From an uncultured Bacteroidia bacterium (lineage in GTDB: Bacteria > Bacteroidota > Bacteroidia > Bacteroidales > Prolixibacteraceae), in assembly GCA_903907075.1 (NCBI GenBank), contig CAIVMQ010000006.1, positions 1,808 through 65,807 on the forward strand: 64,000 nt of DNA, read 5' to 3'. Numbering within the stretch: the stretch's first letter is position 1; each line of letters opens with the position of its first letter. The notes under the pieces are model-generated. The model was not told the origin of the DNA, did not search any database, and worked only from the letters and a program-made list of their open reading frames with translations. Below are positions 18,982-28,448 of the stretch, piece after piece. The position numbers and the translations under genes are program-made.

Positions 18982-19760
18982 CAAAGTTCTTAATTGATCA
19001 GAAAAAGGGGTGAAGATGTGAGCTTTTTATGAACTTTTGGTCAGTTACGATTGTTTAAAGAGTAACAGTCCAGTTTTAACTGAAGATCGATGATCTAAAT
19101 TGGATCCTATAAGTTGAAAAATTCGTTTTTCAAAATTCGTTGCGGTAATGTGTCGATTGCTAATTTTTACCGATAAACCATTATTGTTCAATCTTGTACA
19201 AAAAGATACGCTCTGTTTAGTGTTAATTTAAAATTATATTAGTAGTTTTAGCCGCTTAATTAGGGAGGGGAAAATTCGTATAAAAAATTAGATAAAACAC
19301 TGAAATCTAATTTTTTAAAAAATATTACCTGGTGTTTTTTTAAGTTTAATTTCGTTACAATAAACGATTAATTAAATACGGTTCGTTATTTTAGTTTGCT
19401 CACTTTTCACTTTATGTTATTGTTCGTCCTAACCCTCTGTGAGGTGGATAGAAATAAAGAATTAAGGGTGTATAGTGAAAGAAGGATACTCTTGCATTGG
19501 AAATAAGGTGATCTCCAGCACGAATGGTTAGTAGGCAATATGTTCTGCGACAAGTGTTTCATTAAAGGATTAAACATAACCTTTCAAATTTCAAGGGTAT
19601 TGCGATGATTAACCATTTTAATCCGGATTTTTAAAAATGAGTGTTCGGAAGTGAAAGGTGATTATCCCCTTCAAGATAGGTATTGTTAAATATTAAAACT
19701 TTTCCGTTTGATAAGTATATTGTTAAGCGTTAAATAAACAGCATAAACATCACCAAATCT

Positions 19761-20726
19761 ATGAGTCATAACAGTCACGGTCATGATCAAAATAGCCCGA
19801 AAGAGGAGAACGTAAACTCCAGACGCGCTTTTTTTAAGAATTTCGGTCTCTTCGGTGCAGTTGCTGCCACTGGTGGGGCTGCAATTTATTCAGGTTACAA
19901 TTACGAAAAGTCAAAACCCGGAAGCAATTTTGTAAGAGTTTTAACGGCTGACAACCATATTATAGAGGTTCCAAAGGATCAGTTTAAGGATGCCACAGTA
20001 GACCTAAATCAACTACAGAAGCAAGGTCGTGAAGGGTTGAAAGGTCACCGTTTTGTAATGGTTATTGATCTTGCCAAATGTCGCAATGCCCGTAAATGTA
20101 TCTCGGCTTGTCAGGGTGCTCACCATTTGCGTCCTCATGAATACCATATCAATACATTGGTTATGCAGGAGTCGGAGCATACCGCCCCCTATTTTATGCC
20201 AAAGCCATGTCAACATTGTGATAACCCCCCTTGCGTTGCCGTTTGTCCGGTTGATGCAACCTTTAAAAGGCAGGATGGAATAGTGTTAATAGATAATGAG
20301 CGGTGTATCGGATGTCGTTTTTGCATTGCTGCTTGTCCCTATTCTGCACGTCTTTTCCATTGGGAAGAACCATTAATGGCCGAGAGTGATAAAGGAAAGC
20401 CATACAATATTGAATTAAATGTACCACAACGTAAGGGTACTATCTCCAAGTGCCTCTTTAGCTCTGATCGTTTACGTGAAGGTAAGCTCCCTTATTGCGT
20501 ATCGGCATGTCCGAATGGGGTTTACTATTTCGGAGATGAGAATCAGGATGCTGTAACCAATGGAACAACGAAAGAAACATTCCGCTTAAGTGAATTGCTT
20601 CGGGTTAATGCCGGATATCAGCTAATGCCTGAGTTAGGAACAAAACCCCGCGTTTATTACCTCCCTGCAAAAAACAGGTTGTTCGAGTTTAAGGATGATA
20701 AAGATCCGGTAAAGGAGACCATTTAA
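19761..20726 (+). CDS. Tat-exported 4Fe-4S ferredoxin-type subunit (NrfC/PsrB/ActB2-like)
   Basis: Twin-arginine signal SRRAFFKNF. Multiple Cys clusters (CQHCDNPPCVAVCP, CIGCRFCIAACP, CVSACP). Only 321 aa, so there is no molybdopterin-like domain. Confidence 0.8.
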   Translation: MSHNSHGHDQNSPKEENVNSRRAFFKNFGLFGAVAATGGAAIYSGYNYEKSKPGSNFVRVLTADNHIIEVPKDQFKDATVDLNQLQKQGREGLKGHRFVMVIDLAKCRNARKCISACQGAHHLRPHEYHINTLVMQESEHTAPYFMPKPCQHCDNPPCVAVCPVDATFKRQDGIVLIDNERCIGCRFCIAACPYSARLFHWEEPLMAESDKGKPYNIELNVPQRKGTISKCLFSSDRLREGKLPYCVSACPNGVYYFGDENQDAVTNGTTKETFRLSELLRVNAGYQLMPELGTKPRVYYLPAKNRLFEFKDDKDPVKETI

Positions 20727-20782
20727 GGCTTATCCAACGAGTGAAATTAACAGTTGAATTTTTTAAATAAATAACATAAAGT

Positions 20783-22129
20783 ATGGCATCAGAAGTAAAT
20801 ACCGATTTTTTGAATAACAAAAAACTCGATTCTATTGCAGCTGATATTTTAAAACCTGTAGGTATTTCGCAGGGATTTATAATCTGGATGGGATTCCTTG
20901 GGATCTCACTGATGGGTTGTATTTATGCCTATTATATTCAGTGGGACAAGGGTTTGATCGTTACTGGACTTCGTGATTATATCAGTTGGGGAATGTATAT
21001 TGCCAACTTTGTATTTTTTGTCGCTACAAGCCTAGTGGGAATGCTGATAAGTTCAGTGCTGGGTTTAATCGGGTTTAAATGGGTAAAACCAATAGCGCGG
21101 ATTGCCGAGATTATTGCCGTTGCTTTTGCTGCCATTGCCGGTCTGGTTATCGTTTCCGATATGGGGCGCCCCGAAAGGCTTCCCTATGTATTTCTTCATG
21201 GACGGATTCAATCTCCCATTATTTGGGATGTGACTGTCGTTACAACCTATCTGGCCATTAGTACCTTGCTCTATTTTCTTCCACTCATTCCGGATCTTGC
21301 GATAGCCAAAGGGAGGATCGGACATACCCCCAAATGGCTTCAGAAAACATACGAAATTCTTTCTGTAAATTGGAAACATACCCCAGAACAATATGCAATT
21401 TTGCTTAAGGCGATGCGCATCTTGTTAATTCTGATTATCCCTACTGCATTTGCTATCCACACCGTAACATCATGGTTGTTTGCCGTAACGCTAAGACCGG
21501 GTTGGGATAGCTCGATCTTTGGCCCTTATTTCCTTGTAGGTGCTTTTGTTGCAGGTTCAGCGGCAGTGGTGATTATGATGTATTTTGTCCGGACTAATTA
21601 CAAGCTTGATAAGTATTTAACGACTCACCATTTTGATATGATGGGTAAGCTTCTGGTACTAGTATCTATTGTATATCTATACTTCAATATCAATGAGTAT
21701 CTTGTCCCGGCTTTTAAGATGAAAACAGCCGACGCGGTTCATTTAACGGATCTTTTTGTAGGTGAATATGCCTGGATGTTTTGGAGTGTTCAGTTATTAG
21801 GGCTGATCATCCCAATTATCCTGCTTTTATTCCGGTTTTTTCGCAAACCATTTGCCATGTTTGTGATCTCAACCGTAGTGTTAATCGCTTCGTGGTTTAA
21901 GCGTTTCCTAATTGTTGTCCCTACACAAGATCACCCATTCCTCCCTATTCAGCATGTGCCTAAGGCTTGGATGGTGTATCAGCCCACAATAGTCGAAACT
22001 GCAATTACTTTTGGAACAATTTTATTGGCAGTAATAATTATTACTATTCTGGTTAAGTTCTTCCCCGTAATTCCAATATGGGAGATGGCTGAAGAGCATC
22101 ATGAATCTGATCATACTACTCAAGAATAA
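20783..22129 (+). CDS. NrfD/PsrC/ActC-like polytopic quinol-interacting membrane subunit
   Basis: 448 aa with about 10 TM helices. Lies directly after the FeS subunit, the usual NrfCD/PsrBC arrangement. Confidence 0.75.
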   Translation: MASEVNTDFLNNKKLDSIAADILKPVGISQGFIIWMGFLGISLMGCIYAYYIQWDKGLIVTGLRDYISWGMYIANFVFFVATSLVGMLISSVLGLIGFKWVKPIARIAEIIAVAFAAIAGLVIVSDMGRPERLPYVFLHGRIQSPIIWDVTVVTTYLAISTLLYFLPLIPDLAIAKGRIGHTPKWLQKTYEILSVNWKHTPEQYAILLKAMRILLILIIPTAFAIHTVTSWLFAVTLRPGWDSSIFGPYFLVGAFVAGSAAVVIMMYFVRTNYKLDKYLTTHHFDMMGKLLVLVSIVYLYFNINEYLVPAFKMKTADAVHLTDLFVGEYAWMFWSVQLLGLIIPIILLLFRFFRKPFAMFVISTVVLIASWFKRFLIVVPTQDHPFLPIQHVPKAWMVYQPTIVETAITFGTILLAVIIITILVKFFPVIPIWEMAEEHHESDHTTQE

Positions 22130-22146
22130 TCGAAAACATATTACCG

Positions 22147-23046
22147 ATGATAAAAAAATATTTTACCATACTATTGATCTTACTGATCTCTTTGCACGTT
22201 TCAGCTCAGGTATGGGTTGTTCCGGCAGAGAACGAAGGGAAAAAGAGTCCATTTGCTTTTAGTGATTCTACACGCAAAGCGGGGGCTGACATCTATGTCT
22301 CTAATTGTAAATCGTGCCATGGAGATCCGGGAAAAAATAATGTCATTCAGCTTGTTCCTATTCCGCCGGATCCCGCTTCTGCCAAAATGCAGGCCAATTC
22401 GGATGGCGCATTGCAATACAAACTTATACAGGGGCGTGGTACGATGCCATCGTTTAAGAATACCCTTGCACCCACAGATTTATGGAGAGTAATTTCATAT
22501 ATCAGAGGCTTTAACGAAAAGTATGTACAAGAGATTGCTAAAAATACTACCGGTAATGTAGGATCTTTGCAAAACAGCCAAATTGTGTTGACTTGGATTA
22601 GTGAGAGTCATCAGATCCAAGCCACAGTATCTGGATTAAAAGATAAAACAATTCAACCTGTTTCAGGTGCTGAAGTAAAACTTTTTGCTCAACGCTATTT
22701 TGGAAACCTTTTAATTGATGAGGCACGCAACACCGATGCTCATGGTGCCGCAGCTTTTAACTTCCCTATTGATCTCCCAGGAGACTCTGCTGGCTTTGTT
22801 AAGCTTATTGCAAGACTCTCTAATGAAGAGGCTTTTGGCGAAGTTAAAACAGAAAGTAATATGTCAATAGGCGTACCAACCTATCGTGCTCCTTTAAATG
22901 AGCAGCGGGCAATGTGGAATGTACTGGAGAAAACACCAATATGGCTTATGTTAGCTTATATACTTACTGTTTTAGGTGCATGGGCGTTTATAGTATATGT
23001 GATTCTTCAAATTAGGGCAATTTCAAAGGCAGGCAGCAAAACATAG
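22147..23046 (+). CDS. Monoheme c-type cytochrome with a beta-rich middle domain and a C-terminal TM anchor
   Basis: Signal peptide, a single CKSCHG heme site, the distal Met region GTMPSF, and the C-terminal helix IWLMLAYILTVLGAWAFIVYVIL. Confidence 0.75.
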   Translation: MIKKYFTILLILLISLHVSAQVWVVPAENEGKKSPFAFSDSTRKAGADIYVSNCKSCHGDPGKNNVIQLVPIPPDPASAKMQANSDGALQYKLIQGRGTMPSFKNTLAPTDLWRVISYIRGFNEKYVQEIAKNTTGNVGSLQNSQIVLTWISESHQIQATVSGLKDKTIQPVSGAEVKLFAQRYFGNLLIDEARNTDAHGAAAFNFPIDLPGDSAGFVKLIARLSNEEAFGEVKTESNMSIGVPTYRAPLNEQRAMWNVLEKTPIWLMLAYILTVLGAWAFIVYVILQIRAISKAGSKT

Positions 23047-23176
23047 TCTGAATAGACAAATAAAATGATCCTCTGATTTCATGATATCCATGGTCAGGCG
23101 GGTTGACAAAGAGAACGATCTTAATTTTTAAAATGGTTTTGAAGAGAACAAAAAACATTTTGATAAAATAATTGAA

Positions 23177-23959
23177 ATGAAACGATTCGTAATTGTGTTA
23201 TTGTTAAGTGTTTTAGGTTTAAAACCCTATGCTCAGGTACCGGTTAAGCCAGAAGTTGAAATCGGTATTGTTGAGAAACTTGGTGAAACGGTACCACTTG
23301 ATCTGAAGTTCCTAAATGAGAGTAACGATACCGTAAAGTTGGGAAGTATGATTAATAAGCCCACCATTCTCTCGTTTGTCTATTTCGATTGTCCTGGCAT
23401 GTGCAGCCCTTTGCTTGATGGCATTGCTGATGTGATCAGTCATATGGATCTTTCTCTAGGGAAGGATTTTGATATTATCACCATTAGCTTTAATACCAAT
23501 GATACTCCGGAGAAAGCACGTGAGAAAAAGGTGAACTTTGTTCAAAAGATCAAGGAGGCCGATCGTAGCAGCTGGTTTTATCTTACCGGTGAATTGTCGA
23601 ATATACAGAAGATCACCGAAGCCGTTGGGTTTAGATATAAGCCAACAGGGCTTGATTTCGCCCATCCTTCCACCATTATTATGCTTAGCCCTCAAGGGAA
23701 GATTACCCGTTATCTTTATGGCATAAGTTATCTCCCTTTTGATGTTAAGATGGCCGTCGTAGAGGCGCAAAAAGGGGAGGCTCGGCCTACCAGCTCTAAA
23801 CTGCTGGATTATTGCTTTGCTTATGATCCAAAGGGTCGAAGCTATACCTTACAAGTTACCCGTTTAATGGGAACTTTTACACTTATCTTAGGGCTATTTT
23901 TTGTTGCCTATTTATTAATTTCTTCACGAAAAAAATCATCTAAAGAAATAAAAGAATGA
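23177..23959 (+). CDS. SCO1/SenC family copper chaperone
   Basis: Thioredoxin-like CPGMC motif and a C-terminal TM helix. The stop overlaps the ctaD start by 4 nt (ATGA). Confidence 0.8.
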   Translation: MKRFVIVLLLSVLGLKPYAQVPVKPEVEIGIVEKLGETVPLDLKFLNESNDTVKLGSMINKPTILSFVYFDCPGMCSPLLDGIADVISHMDLSLGKDFDIITISFNTNDTPEKAREKKVNFVQKIKEADRSSWFYLTGELSNIQKITEAVGFRYKPTGLDFAHPSTIIMLSPQGKITRYLYGISYLPFDVKMAVVEAQKGEARPTSSKLLDYCFAYDPKGRSYTLQVTRLMGTFTLILGLFFVAYLLISSRKKSSKEIKE

Positions 23960-25569
23960 ACAATCCATCACCCACTGCTCCACTGAATTACCTTAACCAC
24001 AAAACCGGCCTCTGGTCGTGGATGACGGCAACCGATCACAAGCGTATCGGGCTGCTATATCTCTATTCTATTACCACCTTCTTTTTAGCTGCTGCGGTTT
24101 TAGGATTATTAATGAAAATCGAAAAGGTTGCACCAGGCGAAACGATCATGACTGCCCAAACCTATAATGCAATGTTTTCGTTGCATGGCATTATCATGAT
24201 TTTTATCGTTGTAATCCCTGGTCTTGCTGCTGTATTTGGAAATATCTGTCTTCCGATTATGATCGGAGCAAAAGACGTGGCCTTTCCTAAACTGAACCTT
24301 TTTTCATACTATGTCTATATCACCGGTGCAATTCTGGGTCTATATTCTCAGTTTGCTAATGGTCATTCACCCGATGCAGGATGGACATTTTATGTCCCCT
24401 ATAGCGCCGAAGTCAATTCGAATATTATTCTGGCTTTAATGGCGGCATTTACCCTGGGGTTTGCCTCCATTCTTACCGGACTTAACTTTATTGTTACGAT
24501 TCACCGGATGCGTGCTCCTGGTATGACTTGGTTTCGGATGCCACTCTTCCCATGGTCATTGTATGCCACTGCCTGGATTCAGCTATTGGCTACTCCAGTT
24601 GTAGGGATCACTTTATTGATGGTCGTTGCTGAACGTACCTTGCATGTTGGATTCTTTGATCCGAAACTGGGTGGTGACCCCGTATTATACCAGCATCTTT
24701 TTTGGATCTACTCCCATCCTGCAGTATATGTGATGATCTTACCTGCAATGGGTGTTGTCACTGAAATCTTCCCTACGTTTAGTCAAAAACCGGTATTCGG
24801 TTATCTCCCAATTGTGTTTTCAAGTTTAGCAATTGCACTCGTCGGTTATTTCGTGTGGGGGCATCATATGTACACTTCGGGTATGAGTATTGAATCACGC
24901 TGGTTCTTCTCATTCTTAACCTTTATCGTGGCTATCCCAAGTGCTATTAAAGTTTTTAACTGGCTCTCTACCATGTATGGTGGTTCGGTGGATCTTAAAC
25001 CACCATTATTATATGCGATATCATTTATTTTTCTCTTTACTATTGGCGGATTTACAGGACTAATCCTGGGAGCTGTAGCAACAGATGTTCAGGTGCACAA
25101 TACCGATTTCGTTGTTGCTCATTTCCATTATATTATTTTTGGAGGAATGGGATTTGGATTCTTTGCTGCAATGCATTATTGGTACCCTAAAATCTATGGC
25201 CGTATGTATAATATCAGATGGGCTAATATTGCATGGGGATTCCTTTTTACCGGATTTAACTTCCTTTATTTTCCCATGTTTATTATGGGGATTCAAGGTA
25301 TGCCACGTCGTTATTACGATTACGATCCGCAATTTCAAATGGGTCAGACAATCTCAACCATTGGTGCTGTAATTCTTTTTATAGGTTTGATTGGTATGAT
25401 CTCCAATTTGGTGTATCACGTACGTAGAGGGGCTATTGCTCCTGCAAATCCTTGGCATGGCGTAACCCTCGAATGGCAGATTCCTTCACCACCACCTCAT
25501 GAGAATTTTGATGATATTCCAGTGATCACAAGAGGCCCTTACGTGTTTGATAACCCTCATACAAAATAA
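23956..25569 (+). CDS. ctaD: Cytochrome c oxidase subunit I (heme-copper oxidase, A-type)
   Basis: 537 aa with conserved His ligand regions (WFFGHP-like LFWIYSHPAVYVMILP, GHHMYTSGM, HFHYIIFGG). Confidence 0.95.
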   Translation: MNNPSPTAPLNYLNHKTGLWSWMTATDHKRIGLLYLYSITTFFLAAAVLGLLMKIEKVAPGETIMTAQTYNAMFSLHGIIMIFIVVIPGLAAVFGNICLPIMIGAKDVAFPKLNLFSYYVYITGAILGLYSQFANGHSPDAGWTFYVPYSAEVNSNIILALMAAFTLGFASILTGLNFIVTIHRMRAPGMTWFRMPLFPWSLYATAWIQLLATPVVGITLLMVVAERTLHVGFFDPKLGGDPVLYQHLFWIYSHPAVYVMILPAMGVVTEIFPTFSQKPVFGYLPIVFSSLAIALVGYFVWGHHMYTSGMSIESRWFFSFLTFIVAIPSAIKVFNWLSTMYGGSVDLKPPLLYAISFIFLFTIGGFTGLILGAVATDVQVHNTDFVVAHFHYIIFGGMGFGFFAAMHYWYPKIYGRMYNIRWANIAWGFLFTGFNFLYFPMFIMGIQGMPRRYYDYDPQFQMGQTISTIGAVILFIGLIGMISNLVYHVRRGAIAPANPWHGVTLEWQIPSPPPHENFDDIPVITRGPYVFDNPHTK

Positions 25570-25594
25570 TACGGTAGAATTTAATTTTAGATTT

Positions 25595-26215
25595 ATGTCG
25601 ACAACTGAACATTCTGAGCATAGCGAATATATCGATAGTGAAACAGGTAAGATGGGAATGTGGTTATTCCTATTTACGGAGATCTTCCTATTTGGTGGCC
25701 TTTTTATTGTCTATTCGGTAATGCGTGCAAAATACGGTGAAGATTTTCATCATGGGGCCCTCGAACTTAATGCCTTTATCGGCGCGACCAATACGGTAGT
25801 TCTTCTGGTAAGCAGTATGACTGCGGCAATGTCATTAACGGCAATTCAAAAGAATCAGCCGAAAGTTGCCATAGCCCTCATATTTAGCACCTTATTATTG
25901 GCAGGTGTCTTTATGATAAATAAATATTTTGAATATGGTCATAAGTTTGACCTTCATCTATACCCAGGGTCTGAAGTTATGCGCAACCTACCTAAAGGGG
26001 AAATAATGTTCTTCGGGCTCTATTTTCTGATGACAGGATTGCACCTCTTTCACGTTGTGGTTGGCGGGGTATTGTTAACTATTGTCATGTTGCGGGTGAA
26101 GTCAGGAAAGATCAACTCGGAACATTTCTTATTACTTGAGAATGGTGCCCTTTACTGGCATTTGGTCGATTTGATCTGGATATTCCTATTCCCTTTACTC
26201 TACCTTATTACCTAG
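25595..26215 (+). CDS. ctaE: Cytochrome c oxidase subunit III
   Basis: Polytopic protein with GMWLFLFTEIFLFGGLF and YWHLVDLIWIFLFPLLY. ATG 25595 is used because the track start at 25547 overlaps ctaD. Confidence 0.85.
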   Translation: MSTTEHSEHSEYIDSETGKMGMWLFLFTEIFLFGGLFIVYSVMRAKYGEDFHHGALELNAFIGATNTVVLLVSSMTAAMSLTAIQKNQPKVAIALIFSTLLLAGVFMINKYFEYGHKFDLHLYPGSEVMRNLPKGEIMFFGLYFLMTGLHLFHVVVGGVLLTIVMLRVKSGKINSEHFLLLENGALYWHLVDLIWIFLFPLLYLIT

Positions 26216-26335
26216 AAAGAATTCGAAAATTTTGATCATTTCTTCATCCATATTCGTCGCAATACGAGTTGCTAGGTGAAAAATTAATTTAAGTGAAATA
26301 CAATATTTAGTATAAAATTTCAAAGTCTTATTCGA

Positions 26336-26623
26336 ATGGAGAATCACGAAGAGAGTCATGTAACGAGCTACGCACTTAATGCAAAAGTGCTCCTTGTCTT
26401 GTTGTCGTTAACAGTACTAACAATTTTGGTCATCAAATTGCACCTTGGAGCATTCACGGTCGCTATGGCATTGTTTATTGCATCGATCAAAACGACCATT
26501 GTTTTGACCTATTTTATGCACCTAAAATTTGAAAAACCTATTTTGCGTGTGATGGTTGGTGGGATTTTCGCGCTGTTTGCAATAATTATTGTGATCACAT
26601 TTATAGACTATTATTTCAGATAA
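26336..26623 (+). CDS. Cytochrome c oxidase subunit IV family (caa3-type small subunit)
   Basis: 95 aa with three hydrophobic helices, located between subunits III and II. Confidence 0.6.
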   Translation: MENHEESHVTSYALNAKVLLVLLSLTVLTILVIKLHLGAFTVAMALFIASIKTTIVLTYFMHLKFEKPILRVMVGGIFALFAIIIVITFIDYYFR

Positions 26624-26635
26624 TTTCCTAAACTT

Positions 26636-27571
26636 ATGACAACATTGTTCTCTGGAGCATCCAATTTGGCCGAAGGTGTCGATCGGGCATTTATGTTCAT
26701 CATCATCATCTCGTTTATATTTACAATAGCAATTGTAGGGCTTATTATCTATATTTTGGTCCATTTCTCGAGAAAAAAGAATAAAAATCCACAACAATTT
26801 AGCGGGAATGTGCCACTAGAGGTGGTATGGACAGTAATCCCTTTGATCCTGGTTATAATTATGTTCTATTATGGCTGGGTGGGCTTTGCTCCAATGCGAA
26901 AAGTCCCCGATAATGCCATGCAGGTTAAGGCCATTGGGCGAATGTGGTCCTGGAGTTTCGATTATGGGAATGGGAAGATTTCCAAAGACCTGGTTGTTCC
27001 CTTGGAGCGTAATGTGAAATTGAACCTATTCTCAGAAGATGTTAATCATGGACTTTTTATCCCTGCATTCAGAGTAAAGGAAGATGTTATACCAAGTTAC
27101 AACAACTACCTTTGGTTTAGAGCAATCACTAAAGGTAAGTTTGATATCTTCTGTACCGAATATTGCGGATTGGCTCATTCAGGAATGACGGCTAAAGTTA
27201 TTGTTGTGGATAGCCTCGAATTTGATAAATGGTTGTCTGAACTCAAAAGCACAGGTGATACTCCCGAGCATCCCGGCATGGCAATAATTAAAGCCAATGC
27301 ATGTATAACCTGTCATTCACTTGATGGAACAAAAGTTATTGGCCCTTCTTTTAAAGATCTTTATGGGGCTAAAAGAATGGTAGTTACTGCGCAGGGGGAG
27401 AAAGAGGTCGAAGCGAATGACGATTATCTCAGGAGATCGATTACTGATCCTAATTTTGAGGTTGTCAAAGGCTTTAACAAAGGGCTGATGCAATCATATA
27501 AGGATGTTTTAAAAGCTGAGGATATCGATAAAATTGTTGATTATTTCAAAACTGCTGGTGGACATAAATAA
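26636..27571 (+). CDS. ctaC: Cytochrome c oxidase subunit II with a fused C-terminal cytochrome c domain
   Basis: Two N-terminal TM helices, the CuA site FCTEYCGLAHSGM, and a C-terminal CITCHS heme site. Confidence 0.9.
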   Translation: MTTLFSGASNLAEGVDRAFMFIIIISFIFTIAIVGLIIYILVHFSRKKNKNPQQFSGNVPLEVVWTVIPLILVIIMFYYGWVGFAPMRKVPDNAMQVKAIGRMWSWSFDYGNGKISKDLVVPLERNVKLNLFSEDVNHGLFIPAFRVKEDVIPSYNNYLWFRAITKGKFDIFCTEYCGLAHSGMTAKVIVVDSLEFDKWLSELKSTGDTPEHPGMAIIKANACITCHSLDGTKVIGPSFKDLYGAKRMVVTAQGEKEVEANDDYLRRSITDPNFEVVKGFNKGLMQSYKDVLKAEDIDKIVDYFKTAGGHK

Positions 27572-28448
27572 ATGTAAGCAAAAATTTGAAGTACTGATCA
27601 GACTTACGCGGATCAGGTTGTCGCTTATGGTTACCATATCGGCTATAACAGGATATTTCCTTACCGGAAGCAACCCGGGTATTGCTGTTTTATATCTTTT
27701 TGGTGGGGTATTCTTCTTAGCTACTGGCACTACAGTGCTAAATCAAATACAAGAGAGCAAACGGGATGGATTGATGCCACGCACAAATCACCGTCCGATT
27801 CCTGCCGGGGAGATCTCCCGACTTTCGGCCTCCGTTGTCACCTTAGTCCTGCTGTCATTAGGGACACTTTTACTTAGCCTAAATGGATGGATACCTATGG
27901 CGCTAGGACTATCTAATATTGCATTCTATAATTTAATCTATACACCTCTAAAAACCCGTAGCTGGCTTGCTATTATTCCAGGGGCTGTCGTGGGTGCCGT
28001 TCCACCCTTAATGGGCTGGACTTCTGCAGGATATTCTATACTCCATCCTCATGTGATGTTTATCGCTATTTTTGTGTTCTTGTGGCAGATCCCCCATTTC
28101 TGGCTATTGATGATAAAATATGGCAAAGAGTATGAAATGGCAGGGTTCTCATCGATATCCAAAACCCTTAATGAGGGACAGATAAAATTAGTCGTCTTCT
28201 ATTGGGGCGTAATCACATCGATGTTCTTAATGCTATTCCCCCTCTTTGGATTTAATTTCAGACCAGTATTACTTACATTATTAATCGCGTTGAATATTGG
28301 GTTTATCCTCTTATTCCACCGTTTTCTCTTTGGTGAGAAGAATGCGCAAACCATTCATAAGGCGTTTATATTAATAAATACCTATGCGCTGGTGGTCTTT
28401 TTATTCCTGGTCTTTAATGCGATGATATCACCTCAATTAACTCTTTGA
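27534..28448 (+). CDS. ctaB: Protoheme IX farnesyltransferase (heme O synthase)
   Basis: UbiA-family polytopic protein (NQIQESKRDGLMPRTNHRP). The start is uncertain (TTG 27534 or GTG 27558) and overlaps the end of ctaC. Confidence 0.8.
   Translation: MLIISKLLVDINKCKQKFEVLIRLTRIRLSLMVTISAITGYFLTGSNPGIAVLYLFGGVFFLATGTTVLNQIQESKRDGLMPRTNHRPIPAGEISRLSASVVTLVLLSLGTLLLSLNGWIPMALGLSNIAFYNLIYTPLKTRSWLAIIPGAVVGAVPPLMGWTSAGYSILHPHVMFIAIFVFLWQIPHFWLLMIKYGKEYEMAGFSSISKTLNEGQIKLVVFYWGVITSMFLMLFPLFGFNFRPVLLTLLIALNIGFILLFHRFLFGEKNAQTIHKAFILINTYALVVFLFLVFNAMISPQLTL

Noticed and set aside
19539-19607. 22-codon small ORF (MFCDKCF...) inside the long leader
   Set aside because: It is too short, has no supporting start context, and many similar mini-ORFs occur by chance in AT-rich DNA. 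It could not be supported.
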